A stretch of 64,000 nucleotides of DNA. It comes from Naegleria gruberi (lineage: Eukaryota). Numbering within the stretch: position 1 is the first letter of the stretch; each line of letters starts with the position of its first letter. The stretch is from assembly GCA_000004985.1 (NCBI GenBank), contig GG738890.1; one strand, given 5' to 3'. A program made the position numbers and the translations under genes. This document shows, piece by piece, positions 42,701 through 51,928 of the stretch. A model generated the notes under the pieces. The model saw only the letters and a list, made by a program, of their open reading frames with translations. It had not been told where the DNA came from and did no database searches.

Positions 42701-45249
42701 TTGTGAGTTTCCTTATTTTCCAAAATATCAATCATGTCACACAAATCTCCAAAGACACCAGCAGCAGTTGTCCAAATATCTGGATCAGTGGAACATAAAA
42801 GAACCAACAAGGTTGATTCAGCTGATTCCCACATTTGTGTACGCTTTCTACTGGCTAAGTTTTGGTCGGTAATCTTATCTTTGTGTAAACTCAAGAATTT
42901 GTTTGATGCAGTACAAACATCCTTGACTAGTTCTAAAATGGTTGTAACATTTTGTCCCTGAGATTCCTTATCTTGGAATAAGATGAAACATAATCTAGAA
43001 ATAACAGAAGAACTCAAATCAATGAAACCTGTAGCAATATCTTGAGGACACCATTGCATAATATAGTGAGGTTGGAACAATTTTTGAAGTAATTTGTAAG
43101 CTTGAGCTTGAACTTGATAATTTGATACGCCTTCTAAACAATTGACCAAACCAACAAAGAAGTACAAAATTTCGTTAATGTGGCCAGAAATATTGTCACT
43201 AGTATTTTCCAATACAAGTCTAGGTTCAGCAAAGAAGACAGCCAAACAAGCTAATAAAGTCTCAGTGGAAGGAGGGGTAGTAGATCCAGAACTTGAACCA
43301 CTTGGTTGGGCAACTGATTGGCCACGCTTATTGTACAAGAGACTTTCTTGTTGGAGTAATTCTTGGAACATGTTACGAACAAATTTTGCAATATGTTTGT
43401 AACTGTGAGCAAGAGTTGGATGCCACTTGAGGGATGTAGAATTCTTTCTAGCAAGTTTTAACATGGCTTTAGCAAGAGCCAATTTAAAAACTGTATTCTT
43501 GGTTTTGAAACAGTGTGGGAAAATGTAACTGGTTACGTGTCTTTGATTGATTCTATAAGCAGAAACGAAAAAGTCAACCATTAATTTCACATCAACGTCA
43601 TCTGTACCATTTTTACGAACTGGATTATCAACATTCATTAAACGTTCATGTAATGCATTTTGAACTTCACTGTTTAGGAAACGGAAAGCTGTCAAATCAC
43701 GACTCTTCAAATAGGTACTGGCCTTGTAAAAATCTACAAAACAAACAACTGCAGTATCAGAATTTACATCACGCTTAGTATTCTTTTCCTTGAGAGCTTT
43801 GAGAATATTTTCCAAGAATTTGTACTCCTTCTTTTCAGATGGCTTTGGTTTATCACCTTGTTTAACAGCCATAATTGTATTGGCAAAAACTTCAGGACAC
43901 AAGAGAAGAATCATTGTTTGGAGTGGCCAAATGAATGGAGCTTGTTTCTTCAATTTTCTCTCTGCAATAACATTGAAAAGTTTTTGTGGACCTCCTGGTA
44001 ATTCAGTTTTGTTTTTACAATTTCTAATGAATTGATGAGGATAGTTAGTAATCCAATTCCAAACTGCTTGTCTCAATGGACCTGCAAGAGCAACAAAAGC
44101 TTTTGCCTTCAATTTTGCTTGAACTTCATTCAATAATGAAATTAATCTAGTTAATTTAGCATTGTCAAAATTAATATATTCAATCATTTGATAAATTCTA
44201 TCATCAACTTCGTCTGATTTCATCTTTTTGAAAAAGTCTTCAACTCTAACAAAAACAACTTCAAAATTAACAACAGACAATTTGAACAAGACACGAGCAG
44301 CCAAATGTTTAAGATATTGATGTGGTCCCTTCGTCCTTGTCGATTCATCAGTTGAATTATTGTTGGCAGTATTTACATTACCACCACTTGTACTTAATGA
44401 CCTAATATTGAACAATGTATCAATAATTTGTGTTAAAAGTGTTTCAGAGTAATCATTGCCTAATTTTGTAATTTCACTTTCATTAAATCCAGCTGGAGGT
44501 GCCAATTCTTCATCTGATGTTGAACCAGAATCATCAACAGTTGGTTCACCAGATTGATCAGAACTTGGTTCACTATAATCAGAGGCAGTAGTAGTAGCAT
44601 CTAGACCTCCAGTACCTGCATCAACATTGGAAGAATCAGCTTCAATCATTAACAAGTGATCATCATCAAATCGTAAATCTAAACGATCATACTTGATTGC
44701 AGCACTTAGGGTTTTCAAAAAGAGTTGGAAAATGATGATTTTTGAACGAATGAAACGTTCAGAAACTTCCTCTTCAATAGCATGAAGAGTTTCAGGTGGA
44801 ATTTGTGAACCAACTCCACTTCCTGTGTTATTATTATTGTTATTATTTGGATTGGCACCTTGTGCAATGTTTTTAATACCATCGAAGAGGTTTAATCTAC
44901 TTTGGGTTGTTGGTCCACTATTAGGAATGAGGAAAGAACCTCCTGTTGTTGTTGTAGTAGTATTATTATTATTCGTAGTGTTTCCACCATTACTTCCCAA
45001 TGATGAGGATGATCCAAATGTACCTGTTGTTTGATTAATTATTGATGGATTTGTTGAAGAATCACCTGAAGCACCTGGTGTAAGATTACCACCACCAACA
45101 GACAAGGCTAGAGTTTCAGGTGAAGACATTACATTTTGATAATTCTTCTCCAATGATGTATTCACGTGGAGTAGACCATTGATTACAGTATCAAGTTGAT
45201 AATTGGAGAGTTTGATCAGGGATGTTGCTGTTTGACGCAAATCTCCCAT
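36748..45249 (-). CDS. NF1: Neurofibromin (NF1) orthologue: RasGAP-related domain + Sec14/PH-like region, single 2833-aa ORF
   Basis: RasGAP signature FLRLLNPAIVSP with flanking TLFRANSSASKMLTAYC and LPLQIRYLCNYL. The Sec14-PH region RKIFYRSGASKEARPVFYFI...KPYEVVVDVTGL matches NF1 [20 protein letters not shown]...KPYEIVVDLTHTG. Also DIPGSLLNMCFLNLESKFPRTRSEAYNLLAALAEQFEF and KYLVLKYMKPWIKNL. Confidence 0.9.
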   Translation of the reverse strand: MGDLRQTATSLIKLSNYQLDTVINGLLHVNTSLEKNYQNVMSSPETLALSVGGGNLTPGASGDSSTNPSIINQTTGTFGSSSSLGSNGGNTTNNNNTTTTTTGGSFLIPNSGPTTQSRLNLFDGIKNIAQGANPNNNNNNNTGSGVGSQIPPETLHAIEEEVSERFIRSKIIIFQLFLKTLSAAIKYDRLDLRFDDDHLLMIEADSSNVDAGTGGLDATTTASDYSEPSSDQSGEPTVDDSGSTSDEELAPPAGFNESEITKLGNDYSETLLTQIIDTLFNIRSLSTSGGNVNTANNNSTDESTRTKGPHQYLKHLAARVLFKLSVVNFEVVFVRVEDFFKKMKSDEVDDRIYQMIEYINFDNAKLTRLISLLNEVQAKLKAKAFVALAGPLRQAVWNWITNYPHQFIRNCKNKTELPGGPQKLFNVIAERKLKKQAPFIWPLQTMILLLCPEVFANTIMAVKQGDKPKPSEKKEYKFLENILKALKEKNTKRDVNSDTAVVCFVDFYKASTYLKSRDLTAFRFLNSEVQNALHERLMNVDNPVRKNGTDDVDVKLMVDFFVSAYRINQRHVTSYIFPHCFKTKNTVFKLALAKAMLKLARKNSTSLKWHPTLAHSYKHIAKFVRNMFQELLQQESLLYNKRGQSVAQPSGSSSGSTTPPSTETLLACLAVFFAEPRLVLENTSDNISGHINEILYFFVGLVNCLEGVSNYQVQAQAYKLLQKLFQPHYIMQWCPQDIATGFIDLSSSVISRLCFILFQDKESQGQNVTTILELVKDVCTASNKFLSLHKDKITDQNLASRKRTQMWESAESTLLVLLCSTDPDIWTTAAGVFGDLCDMIDILENKETHNGIAQNYQLYRKISKLDELGKTRNHQQKSIRRLLRRVELQTKANLAAFIEMYSRWKDFTKTLEEGSIRNKELIDDARLVEHTRLKNLWKNYTAFLCSMGGVCLQSSETLLNPSNNPVPIKDQGSDDSTNDGSLSARGVRGGTTLKKEKKDFSMKDDLIRNLMRLVVSDVPLIRDNVAQTIGTELAPSLYGVLFQSLHSYVSGCFEEGASIVRVSSSSTLFVEKAIHIVRSVLEQAQENSEDLAMAKFETLILSFIRYCSQLVLNKDYNVIKCKLCILIDIMMKRKEYITFNNEIMFRFEALRHITEWTSEFVNKTAASSTTSVVELDFPNLDALCMKAISAVLKDLNFTKVRDKQSAGNGEKNDDMNKREFIKHFSFLSRYLTRSKVDKDAHPQLREYTILSLGNLLESNINYGLEQFMKMTYIEDQETRSAFLSVLTRVMKQGIQLEEEQNTESVKKYDKLLNLLIQDPNLDLVFLMVSSVSVNEMDDLCKALIRLFAERGKALELLKRSIDKEVDATSSSSTLFRANSSASKMLTAYCNSVGFKYIVDTLSELVKKVVSDPGNFEVDETKLKPNEAVEKNATLLAATAQAFLEHVFTSVDELPLQIRYLCNYLAESVNNKFPPVYDDEERHSTKHVVVGGLLFLRLLNPAIVSPKTSGLVDQSPTAEASRCLLLISKLLQNVANGIKFERKQSASDAKSFNKEAFMVKMDPFVAKNFDRARQFFDSVSSKCPDDFKEAEFIMEDEVREENFLCVHRFLFNNMEKMQQRLVQLQRSGQQSTQKMDTRKTIDDSDLSIISPVTDPKKLAESIERMQVIMTELGKPPEKEVKKTTMASASEEYSTPHLIQLISDNKDKDLSVIEERKIFYRSGASKEARPVFYFITQNLGSHFAESTGDKEDDKVMYHIFKTLMNFWTKPYEVVVDVTGLREETGLQAGHIVNFFKTLPTGARKNCARTIIFNPNSYLKTHLSQKFSYVKRKAIKKKVSFCISVRELEEYIERKNIDLPQSTLDYERDVESTFSSAFILSQRGEKKDAVVKVSKKYLCVITSDNILNHDTKRIDFIELLSISHATISTNAGNTEHVSVEYGSNNKLMIKAEKNDLLLMNIRNSIFRQKSEATLDDRVGRERAEGIRQQDIPGSLLNMCFLNLESKFPRTRSEAYNLLAALAEQFEFPVTLLETDIICVPHNTGDLVVALSEQVSKAKPLLTTQFLREALRGFNKVSLPYKYLVLKYMKPWIKNLSMIYAQANDSKQQPVQQMNSEMKGANYEMSIIGGSMMSNFEAQVQIDRTTEWFPDLVKSTIDFQDIYPAVLSEIWGELSKDGALVDIAMRCIISAAHEAGPKMSKKVDILNDLVVTLASGGHAPAVVKMIVDQLLDVMDNEIHEVVEPLEEHPGWAKVIIYSRFLLMLSFQNRISVLDNFPTLFYIISMMIGRGSMFLRATIRGFAINVVHSLSTSLDFTNEHKKIMQQHLNTLVSDKFQFMFMGTDGARDMDPFVSFENDGTTPAKKEKPFKISPINMWDLETLAHYFYEVTKTCYLVDPEIQKRWHKELTQMCHSKALKTNPVFLPRLLAMYGVLIKPGEETQETLPFVVERLIDSFSANNEHTAAFRTDYKIATLLCLGQYSYKLSPDEPILKQVFAIPIVLLALSDESLFPAVVHLFDCVLNAVGASPQFQKCISIEEYFNSYCRVSGSLIDNVITKVEVSIGVSFRTHFSFALSCLLMRGLTNAQTKSTTANICANLITLSARLQHNRMLMLGEEEDGLSSIDQPQLQSSSQSDLSTASSPVSMEGSSLPSTPKIISESSIKFYYSILGFIALLIPSDFEKLCQILGGKVFFNDKTFSSSSFTPLLFTRFLITAVQHVDMDTERIAIYSALQEAFHKLPSVFISVYPDILPHMINVYNKANITRIAEVSLTLIDTIMQQTEEKSFKPKTPVNYDDTLSKSGFGGLGKLGSFKIATDKIKHDVGLLLVDYLKEISKK

Positions 45250-46402
45250 ATTATTTGTAGTGGTACGAGAATTGAATGGAAGCTAAATATATATATTAAA
45301 TTGTGTTATGTTAGTCATTATATTTTCATTATTATTATTCATAATAATAATATTGGTGGTGAGAAAGTGGCACAGCGTTATTGTTATTAATTATTATTGT
45401 TGTTGTTGTTGGAGGTTACATGTAATATATTCATCGTTATGATGATGATTTAATAAACAAGATAATATTCATCATCATCAAATCATTTTTTGTTGTTATC
45501 GTCGTCATCGTAAAGATTGGTCCATCAACCACCACACAATCAAGTTGATTTGTTTGATGTAATAATAATAACAACACAAACACAAACAACAACATGTTCA
45601 TCATGATGATCATCCGTAAATTAATTTACAGAGTGGTGTGAGAATCGACAGCAAATTCACCATATCGCAGAATATAATTATTATTTAGTTCAACTCGTTG
45701 TAAAGAAACGTACCAATTTCGCAATTCTGTCCACAAGACCTTCAATTAGAGTATCCATCTTTAAATTGTTGTATATTTGTAATCTCTTGTTGAAAAATCA
45801 ACTTGGTTTGTATTGATTATTGACTTGATGTTTTCAAAAAATGTGAATTTTATCAAAACAACAGCAACAAGAGAGTGTTTGTAGTTGGGAGGATGAAATT
45901 AATTTTTTTCTGATGGATTGTTGTTCACTTATCCACTAGACGATCAAATGTCAACAATGACAGGCCGTTTTTTAAATCTCTTCTTTTGTACTGTGAAGGT
46001 TTCGTCCTTGTAACCTCCGATTTGAGAATAGCTAGGGTTTCCTGTTGTTTAATATGTTTCACAAGTCAACATCTTTTTCTCAATAATGTGCTTAATATTA
46101 TTAGAAAATGTTATATTCGAAAGGTTTTTGCATTTCACCCCAATTATTTCATGATGTATTTTACCATTCCTATCTAAGACCACAAGATGATTTAAAAAAC
46201 AAATTTAAATGTGTGTAAATTGGTAGAGCAATTTTTTAATAAGACTCGATTGAAAATGCTTTTTTAATAAGACCATCCTAATAGGAAAATCAACCAATTT
46301 CAATTCATCTCTCGACCTTACCCGCCAGTAATTCTTTTGCCAAACTATTTAATATAGATATTATTTTAATAATAATATCTGCTGCTGGAATCATAATCAG
46401 TT
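45250..46402. promoter_or_regulatory. AT-rich divergent intergenic region between NF1 (-) and the penicillin-amidase-like gene (+)
   Basis: No ORFs are present. It contains homopolymer and ATT/AAC low-complexity runs and is flanked by two divergent ATG starts. Confidence 0.3.
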
Positions 46403-49400
46403 ATGATGATGGCAAATGTCACGCCCAATACAAAACAATCAAGAAAAAATAAAATGGCCAACAATCGATCATCACCCTCTTCCGTTGTCATTTGGTGGGT
46501 GGTAGCAATAGCCATCTCTTCCGTTCTCTTCTTTGTTCCACTCATTTACTTGATTGCCACAATTCCCCATCTCATTGCAATTTGTAATTCACTCTTTGCC
46601 TTTGTAGTACTCTCACTTGTTGGTTTCTTCTTGATTTTGGCAGTGTGGGTTGGAATAATGATCAGAGATATGAATAAGAATGTTGTCAACAAGACTACAA
46701 AGAGGAGTGTATTGGAGGAGGAGGTGGATGAAGGTCGCTTGAATGATTATCAGAGAACCTTTGGAAATCAGGCTAGATTGTTGAATGGTGGTGGCGATGA
46801 TGAAATGTCGGGAGAGGAATATGATGATGATGATGAAGAATCATTGATTCAACAACAACAGGGAAATAACGAATTAGTAATGGAGGAATCGAATAGAGCT
46901 GCCAATTTGATTGAAGAAACTCGTAGAAATCAACAATACAAACAAACTACAGAGTATATTGTACAGTTTTTGAGAGTTGGCTCCTTTTTGATTTTCATTG
47001 TACTTTTAATTGGATTGTTACTGTTTTCTATTTGGATTGGAACAACAAAGAGTAGAGCAGAAGGTCTTCTTCGTGGATCCATGTCAATTAATGAGATTGT
47101 GACAAGAGCCAATGCTGGAGATGTTTCCTATAAGGAAGCTCAACCATACATTCAGAAATTTTTGGAACAATTAGGTCAGTCTACTGTCAAGGTTGAAAGA
47201 GATTCAAATGATGTAATTCACATCACTGCCCCAAATGAGTATACACTCTATTTCACTCAAGGTTTTGTTCATGCTCAAGAGAGATTGTGGCAAATTGATA
47301 CTTTGAAGAGTACAATCAAGGGAGAATTATCCAGCTTGTTTGGATATGGACTCATCTTCTCTGACCAGTACTATCTTACCATGGGATTATATGAAGCTGC
47401 TCAGAGAGATTGGGCTAATTTGGGTGATGATTTAAAACAAAGATTGGAAGCCTATGCTTACGGATTGAATACCTATGCCAAATTATTGCCAGGTCTTCCT
47501 GTTGAATTTCAACTTTTGAGTTACAAGCCAGGTGTTTTCACTGGTGTTGATATTTTGGCTCATCACAAATATATTAGTTTAACTCTTGCTGGTAATATTC
47601 ACTCTGAAATTGCTAGATATGGTCTCGAATTGGTTGGTTTATCATATGATAGAATCAAGACTATTCTTCCAAATTCTTATCCAAATGGATTCCCAATTAT
47701 TTCATCACCAAATGCTAATATTACTTATCAACCAAGTTCAACCACATCATCCACAACTAGTAGAAGTAGTAGCAGTTCAACTAGAAAGAAATCACTCTCT
47801 GCATCCATTTCTGTTTTGGCTGGACAAATTATCTCAGGTCTGGAAGATTTGGTAGATATCTTTTCATCTTCATCCACTATAAGACAGAGATTTGCCCTCT
47901 CCATGTTCGATCCACAAAATCACTTCTCCTCTCCAGAACAAAAGAATGCCTTCCTTCAAGCTAGTAATAATTGGGTCATTGGTGGTGCCTACACATCAAC
48001 TGGAAAACCATTACATGCCAATGATATTCACCTTCATTTCCAAGGTCCAAATATTTTCCTCTTGATGCACCTCAAGATTGAAAGCTCAACAAAACCAATG
48101 CAAGTTATTGGAGCTTCAATTGCTGGATTACCATGTGTTATTGTTGGCAGAAATGGAAATGGAATTTCATGGTCAATTACCAATGCTGGAGCAGATACAA
48201 TGGATACTTATTTAATTGATGAAAATGCAGATGGTCTCACCTATAACTATGGTGGCGCCAAAAACAGTTATACTATCAAGACAGTTACACTTTCAGTTAA
48301 GGGAGGCTCCAAGGCCATGTTTAATGTTACAACTGCAGGAAGTTTTGGACCTCTGGTTGATAAATTGTACAATATTCCAAATCTCCCAAAGCAAAAGCGT
48401 CTAGCCCTCAGATATTTGGATGTTTTATTGAAAACTGATAAGAGCACTCAAACATTCTTTGATTTGCCTTATACAACCAACTATGATCAATTTATTGAAG
48501 CTTTTAAAAATCTCAATGCTCCAGTTTTGAATATTCTCTATGCCGACAATAATAATAATATTGGATATATTATGGCTGGTAAACTTCCAAAAAGAGGTTC
48601 GACCACTACTGACAATTTAGGATTGAGACCTGTCAAGACCTATGATAGCACTGAAAAGTCTTACACATGGGAAACTGATGATAGTGGAAATTACAAGACC
48701 AATGCTTTTGATGATTTACCAGATATTGCTCCAGAGGTAGCTACTTCACGCTTTATATTCTCTGCCAACAACAAGGCTGAAGCTAATCCTGTCACTACCA
48801 TTACTAATGACTATAGCTTGTTGTATGGAAGAAGTATGAGAATTCAATCCTTGGTTTCCTCCCTCATTGCCAGAAAGAATATCACACTCTCTGATATGGC
48901 AAAAGTTCAAAGTGATAGTGTCAGTGTGCTCTACTTGATGAATAGAAATATTTTTGCTCGTATGAAACCTTTCACAGATACTTATAAGGAAGGTGTCAGA
49001 AATGATTTGGCCAACAATTGGGATGGTGATATGAAGCCAGATTCCAAGTATGCAACCATTTTCGAGTACTGGATGACCTATCTCACTAATTTGGCTGCCA
49101 ATGAAACCAAACAAGATAATGACTTACCATTCTCCAAAAAGAAGAGTTTCCCTCTTTCATTGAGATATGCCCTCTCTGCTATTCAAACAGAACTCTCCAC
49201 TGGAGTTACCGATCAAAATTGTAAGTCATTCTCCAGTGACAAGACATGTCTCGGATACGCCAAGGATCAATTGGAAGCTGTTCTTGTTGCTTTAAGATCT
49301 AAATTCTCATTCGTTCCACTTTACAGTTCCTACAGAATTCACCAAACTAAATTTACTCATCCAATCTTTGGCGCCTATGGTTTAACAGGATGTTTGGGAA

Positions 49401-49672
49401 CAAGAATATCGAGAAAGAGTGGTGGTACTGACACTATCAATGAAGGTGGTCCATCTGATGCCAACTTGTCAAACAATTTCGGTCCAACCTATCGTCAAAT
49501 TATTGATCATGCCAATCCAGAAAGCTCAGTATTTATAATGCCAATGGGTCAATCAGGAAATATCTTTTCTGACACGTACGATAATTACTTACAAGCATGG
49601 GAAGATGGTAAATACATTCCAATGAAAACTAAGGATTATATTGTTAGGGATGTTTTGATAATTGCCAAATAA
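46403..49672 (+). CDS. Penicillin amidase (penicillin/cephalosporin/AHL acylase, Ntn-hydrolase S45) family protein with N-terminal TM anchors
   Basis: Alpha-subunit block FTQGFVHAQERLWQIDTLKS...GELSSLFG. Beta-subunit N-terminal nucleophile context SNNWVIGGAYTSTGKPLHANDIHL. N-terminal hydrophobic helices VVIWWVVAIAISSVLFFVPLIYLIATIPHLIAICNSLFAFVVLSLVGFFLILAVWVGIMI. Confidence 0.8.
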   Translation: MMMANVTPNTKQSRKNKMANNRSSPSSVVIWWVVAIAISSVLFFVPLIYLIATIPHLIAICNSLFAFVVLSLVGFFLILAVWVGIMIRDMNKNVVNKTTKRSVLEEEVDEGRLNDYQRTFGNQARLLNGGGDDEMSGEEYDDDDEESLIQQQQGNNELVMEESNRAANLIEETRRNQQYKQTTEYIVQFLRVGSFLIFIVLLIGLLLFSIWIGTTKSRAEGLLRGSMSINEIVTRANAGDVSYKEAQPYIQKFLEQLGQSTVKVERDSNDVIHITAPNEYTLYFTQGFVHAQERLWQIDTLKSTIKGELSSLFGYGLIFSDQYYLTMGLYEAAQRDWANLGDDLKQRLEAYAYGLNTYAKLLPGLPVEFQLLSYKPGVFTGVDILAHHKYISLTLAGNIHSEIARYGLELVGLSYDRIKTILPNSYPNGFPIISSPNANITYQPSSTTSSTTSRSSSSSTRKKSLSASISVLAGQIISGLEDLVDIFSSSSTIRQRFALSMFDPQNHFSSPEQKNAFLQASNNWVIGGAYTSTGKPLHANDIHLHFQGPNIFLLMHLKIESSTKPMQVIGASIAGLPCVIVGRNGNGISWSITNAGADTMDTYLIDENADGLTYNYGGAKNSYTIKTVTLSVKGGSKAMFNVTTAGSFGPLVDKLYNIPNLPKQKRLALRYLDVLLKTDKSTQTFFDLPYTTNYDQFIEAFKNLNAPVLNILYADNNNNIGYIMAGKLPKRGSTTTDNLGLRPVKTYDSTEKSYTWETDDSGNYKTNAFDDLPDIAPEVATSRFIFSANNKAEANPVTTITNDYSLLYGRSMRIQSLVSSLIARKNITLSDMAKVQSDSVSVLYLMNRNIFARMKPFTDTYKEGVRNDLANNWDGDMKPDSKYATIFEYWMTYLTNLAANETKQDNDLPFSKKKSFPLSLRYALSAIQTELSTGVTDQNCKSFSSDKTCLGYAKDQLEAVLVALRSKFSFVPLYSSYRIHQTKFTHPIFGAYGLTGCLGTRISRKSGGTDTINEGGPSDANLSNNFGPTYRQIIDHANPESSVFIMPMGQSGNIFSDTYDNYLQAWEDGKYIPMKTKDYIVRDVLIIAK

Positions 49673-50127
49673 ATTGTTGAATTTATTACAAAATATATTG
49701 AACATTTTAAATGAACTTTCATTAGCTCTCACATTAAACAAACTTAAATCGCTTTAACCAAATGAATAGTTTATCGGCGCTAAGGAAGAATTTACATCAC
49801 TCAACTACAATTTTTTTCAATTTTGCGAGAGATTTAATTTCATCTCCAATCAAAACAAAGATTAGAGACAATTCCATCACGCTCAATCAAAACTAAAACG
49901 TACCAACTGGGCCATTTATGAAATGTTGGATTCTTTCAAAGATCCAGTGGAGAGTGCCAGTACATGCAGTTTGTAATTAATTTTCTCTAAAAAAACTATT
50001 CGAAACCCTCTCTGTTTCTTCTCTCGAATAGTCTAATTGAATAAATTGCAATACTGTCAACAAAAAATAACCTGATATCATCAACATTATCAATTAAGGA
50101 TTTTCAATAAACTCATAACTCAAAAAA

Positions 50128-50343
50128 ATGGAAACTCAACAAATGACTCCCGAGGTTTACCTCTCACTCTCAAGAAGACGATGCTCCACCATACATGCAC
50201 TTCCACAAGATCCACAGCTAGGAGAAAGTATGTTCAATTCCTTCTCATTTCCACCTAGAAAACCAGGTCATGATGTGGTGGATGATGTTTTGGACGAAAT
50301 GGAAGAGATGAATCTCCATGAAGAAGAATCGACGGATGAATAA
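50128..50343 (+). CDS. Small acidic ORF (71 aa) with a basic RRRCST motif; hypothetical
   Basis: ATG start in a plausible context (aaaaaATGG). It is isolated in a 1.2-kb intergenic region. The C-terminus is strongly acidic (DDVLDEMEEMNLHEEESTDE). Confidence 0.25.
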   Translation: METQQMTPEVYLSLSRRRCSTIHALPQDPQLGESMFNSFSFPPRKPGHDVVDDVLDEMEEMNLHEEESTDE

Positions 50344-50918
50344 TATCAATTGTTACATATGATGATTCCTGTAGTATATATCAAAGTCTATCTATCCTCG
50401 AGAATTTTGTAAAATAACATTGTAAGAAAAAAGAAAAATCGCAAAGACCAGATTGTAATAAAAAAGCGCAATTAGATCTAGAAGTCAACAGTTGTCTCCA
50501 ATTATTCCCTCTCATTAACAAAACCAATATTCCTTCATGGCAACTCCCAATGCTCCTGTCTTGTGAACTCTAATCACAATATGAGCGAATTTCCAGTGCT
50601 GTTGAAATAAGGTGGCACAATTTCCTTACTGTCCAACAACACACACCCACACCATATGTTTGGTTGAAGAGTATTGAAAGTTGTTTATGTTCAAGTCTTC
50701 AATTGTCTGATGTGATTACAGTAAATATTATAATCGGGTAATAGTGGAAGATCCAAATCATGATTTGTTTTCAAACGATCAATATCATCAATAATTGATA
50801 TCAAACAATACTACCAACAAATATATTATTATTATTTAATTGATATTATTTAATTATTTACAAAATTTCCACACAAATTTCAAAAATTCTAAATTTCCAT
50901 CTCACTGATTTAAAAAAT

Positions 50919-51464
50919 TCAAATATGATGTGTTTCATTAATTTCAAAAAACTTTAAAACTCTCTTATAAATTTCACCACCACTTCCTTCCAATCTATTT
51001 TCCAAAACTAATTGCATTGTAACTTGATCAAGGAAATGCTGGAGTTCTGTTTTTCTCTTTTCTATTGTTTCTGGATTTGTGTTTCCAAAGAAGATTTTAC
51101 CTGGAAAATCATATTTAACATCAGTTGCACCGATTGTTTGCATTTGTGAACTGTCAGATGTCTCGGAATGTTGATGGGTTATTGATGACAGTTGTTTGTA
51201 TAAATCTCTTAATTCTGAATATCGTTTGGCTACAGAAAGTGTAAAAACGATGGCTTGGGATTTTGTTCTTGTTAGTTTACTGGGTGATTGTGAATCGACA
51301 GGTAAAATTGATTTGACAGTAAATGTCACATCATAAATGACAGTGGCATGTTTGTCTTTTGTTGTTACTACGTTATATCCGTCAATTGTTAGTGAAAAGG
51401 AAAGTTGATTGGTCTTGTAGGGTGGTAATTTGTTTGATGGTATTTCGTCTTGAGATTCGTACAT
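50919..51464 (-). CDS. PX (phox-homology) domain protein
   Basis: VAKRYSELRDLYKQL ... DFPGKIFFGNTNPETIEKRKTELQHFLDQV matches the PX consensus (RYS-F..L, proline-rich loop, RR..L..YL). Confidence 0.65.
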   Translation of the reverse strand: MYESQDEIPSNKLPPYKTNQLSFSLTIDGYNVVTTKDKHATVIYDVTFTVKSILPVDSQSPSKLTRTKSQAIVFTLSVAKRYSELRDLYKQLSSITHQHSETSDSSQMQTIGATDVKYDFPGKIFFGNTNPETIEKRKTELQHFLDQVTMQLVLENRLEGSGGEIYKRVLKFFEINETHHI

Positions 51465-51928
51465 TTTTTTTAAGTTTCTAATAAAAATTAAAATTGATGA
51501 TTTTTAAATTTCTAGTTGGAACTTGATGATGAAATGTTGCAGAACTTTGGAGAGATATTTTTTTAATTTTCCAATTCATCATACTTTTATGGAAAGTTTA
51601 GTTTATCAGTTTAGTTTTGACATTCAATAAATTATTATATTAAATATATATTATAATATTGTTATTCAATATTATTGAAGGGAATGTGGATTACCATTCA
51701 TGTTCTATTGAGATAATTTCCATTAGAAAGTTCAATAACAGGATTCGAATAAAAAAATATTCATGAAGAAAGAATAGCTTTTTCGATAAACTACAATCCT
51801 TCATTTCTAAAATTATTTGAAGAGAGAAAAACTTCATCCAATATCAATTACCTTTTGTAATACAGTGAAGAGATATTCGAAACTACGTAAGTTCAATTAA
51901 AAAAAAAGTTGTAGTATCGAACATTAGA

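Noticed and set aside
37079-45034. Numerous 60-170-aa ORFs on both strands inside the NF1 locus, plus similar antisense ORFs inside other large genes
   Set aside because: They overlap a strongly supported 2833-codon gene and are the expected by-product of long stop-free stretches. None has motifs or start context.
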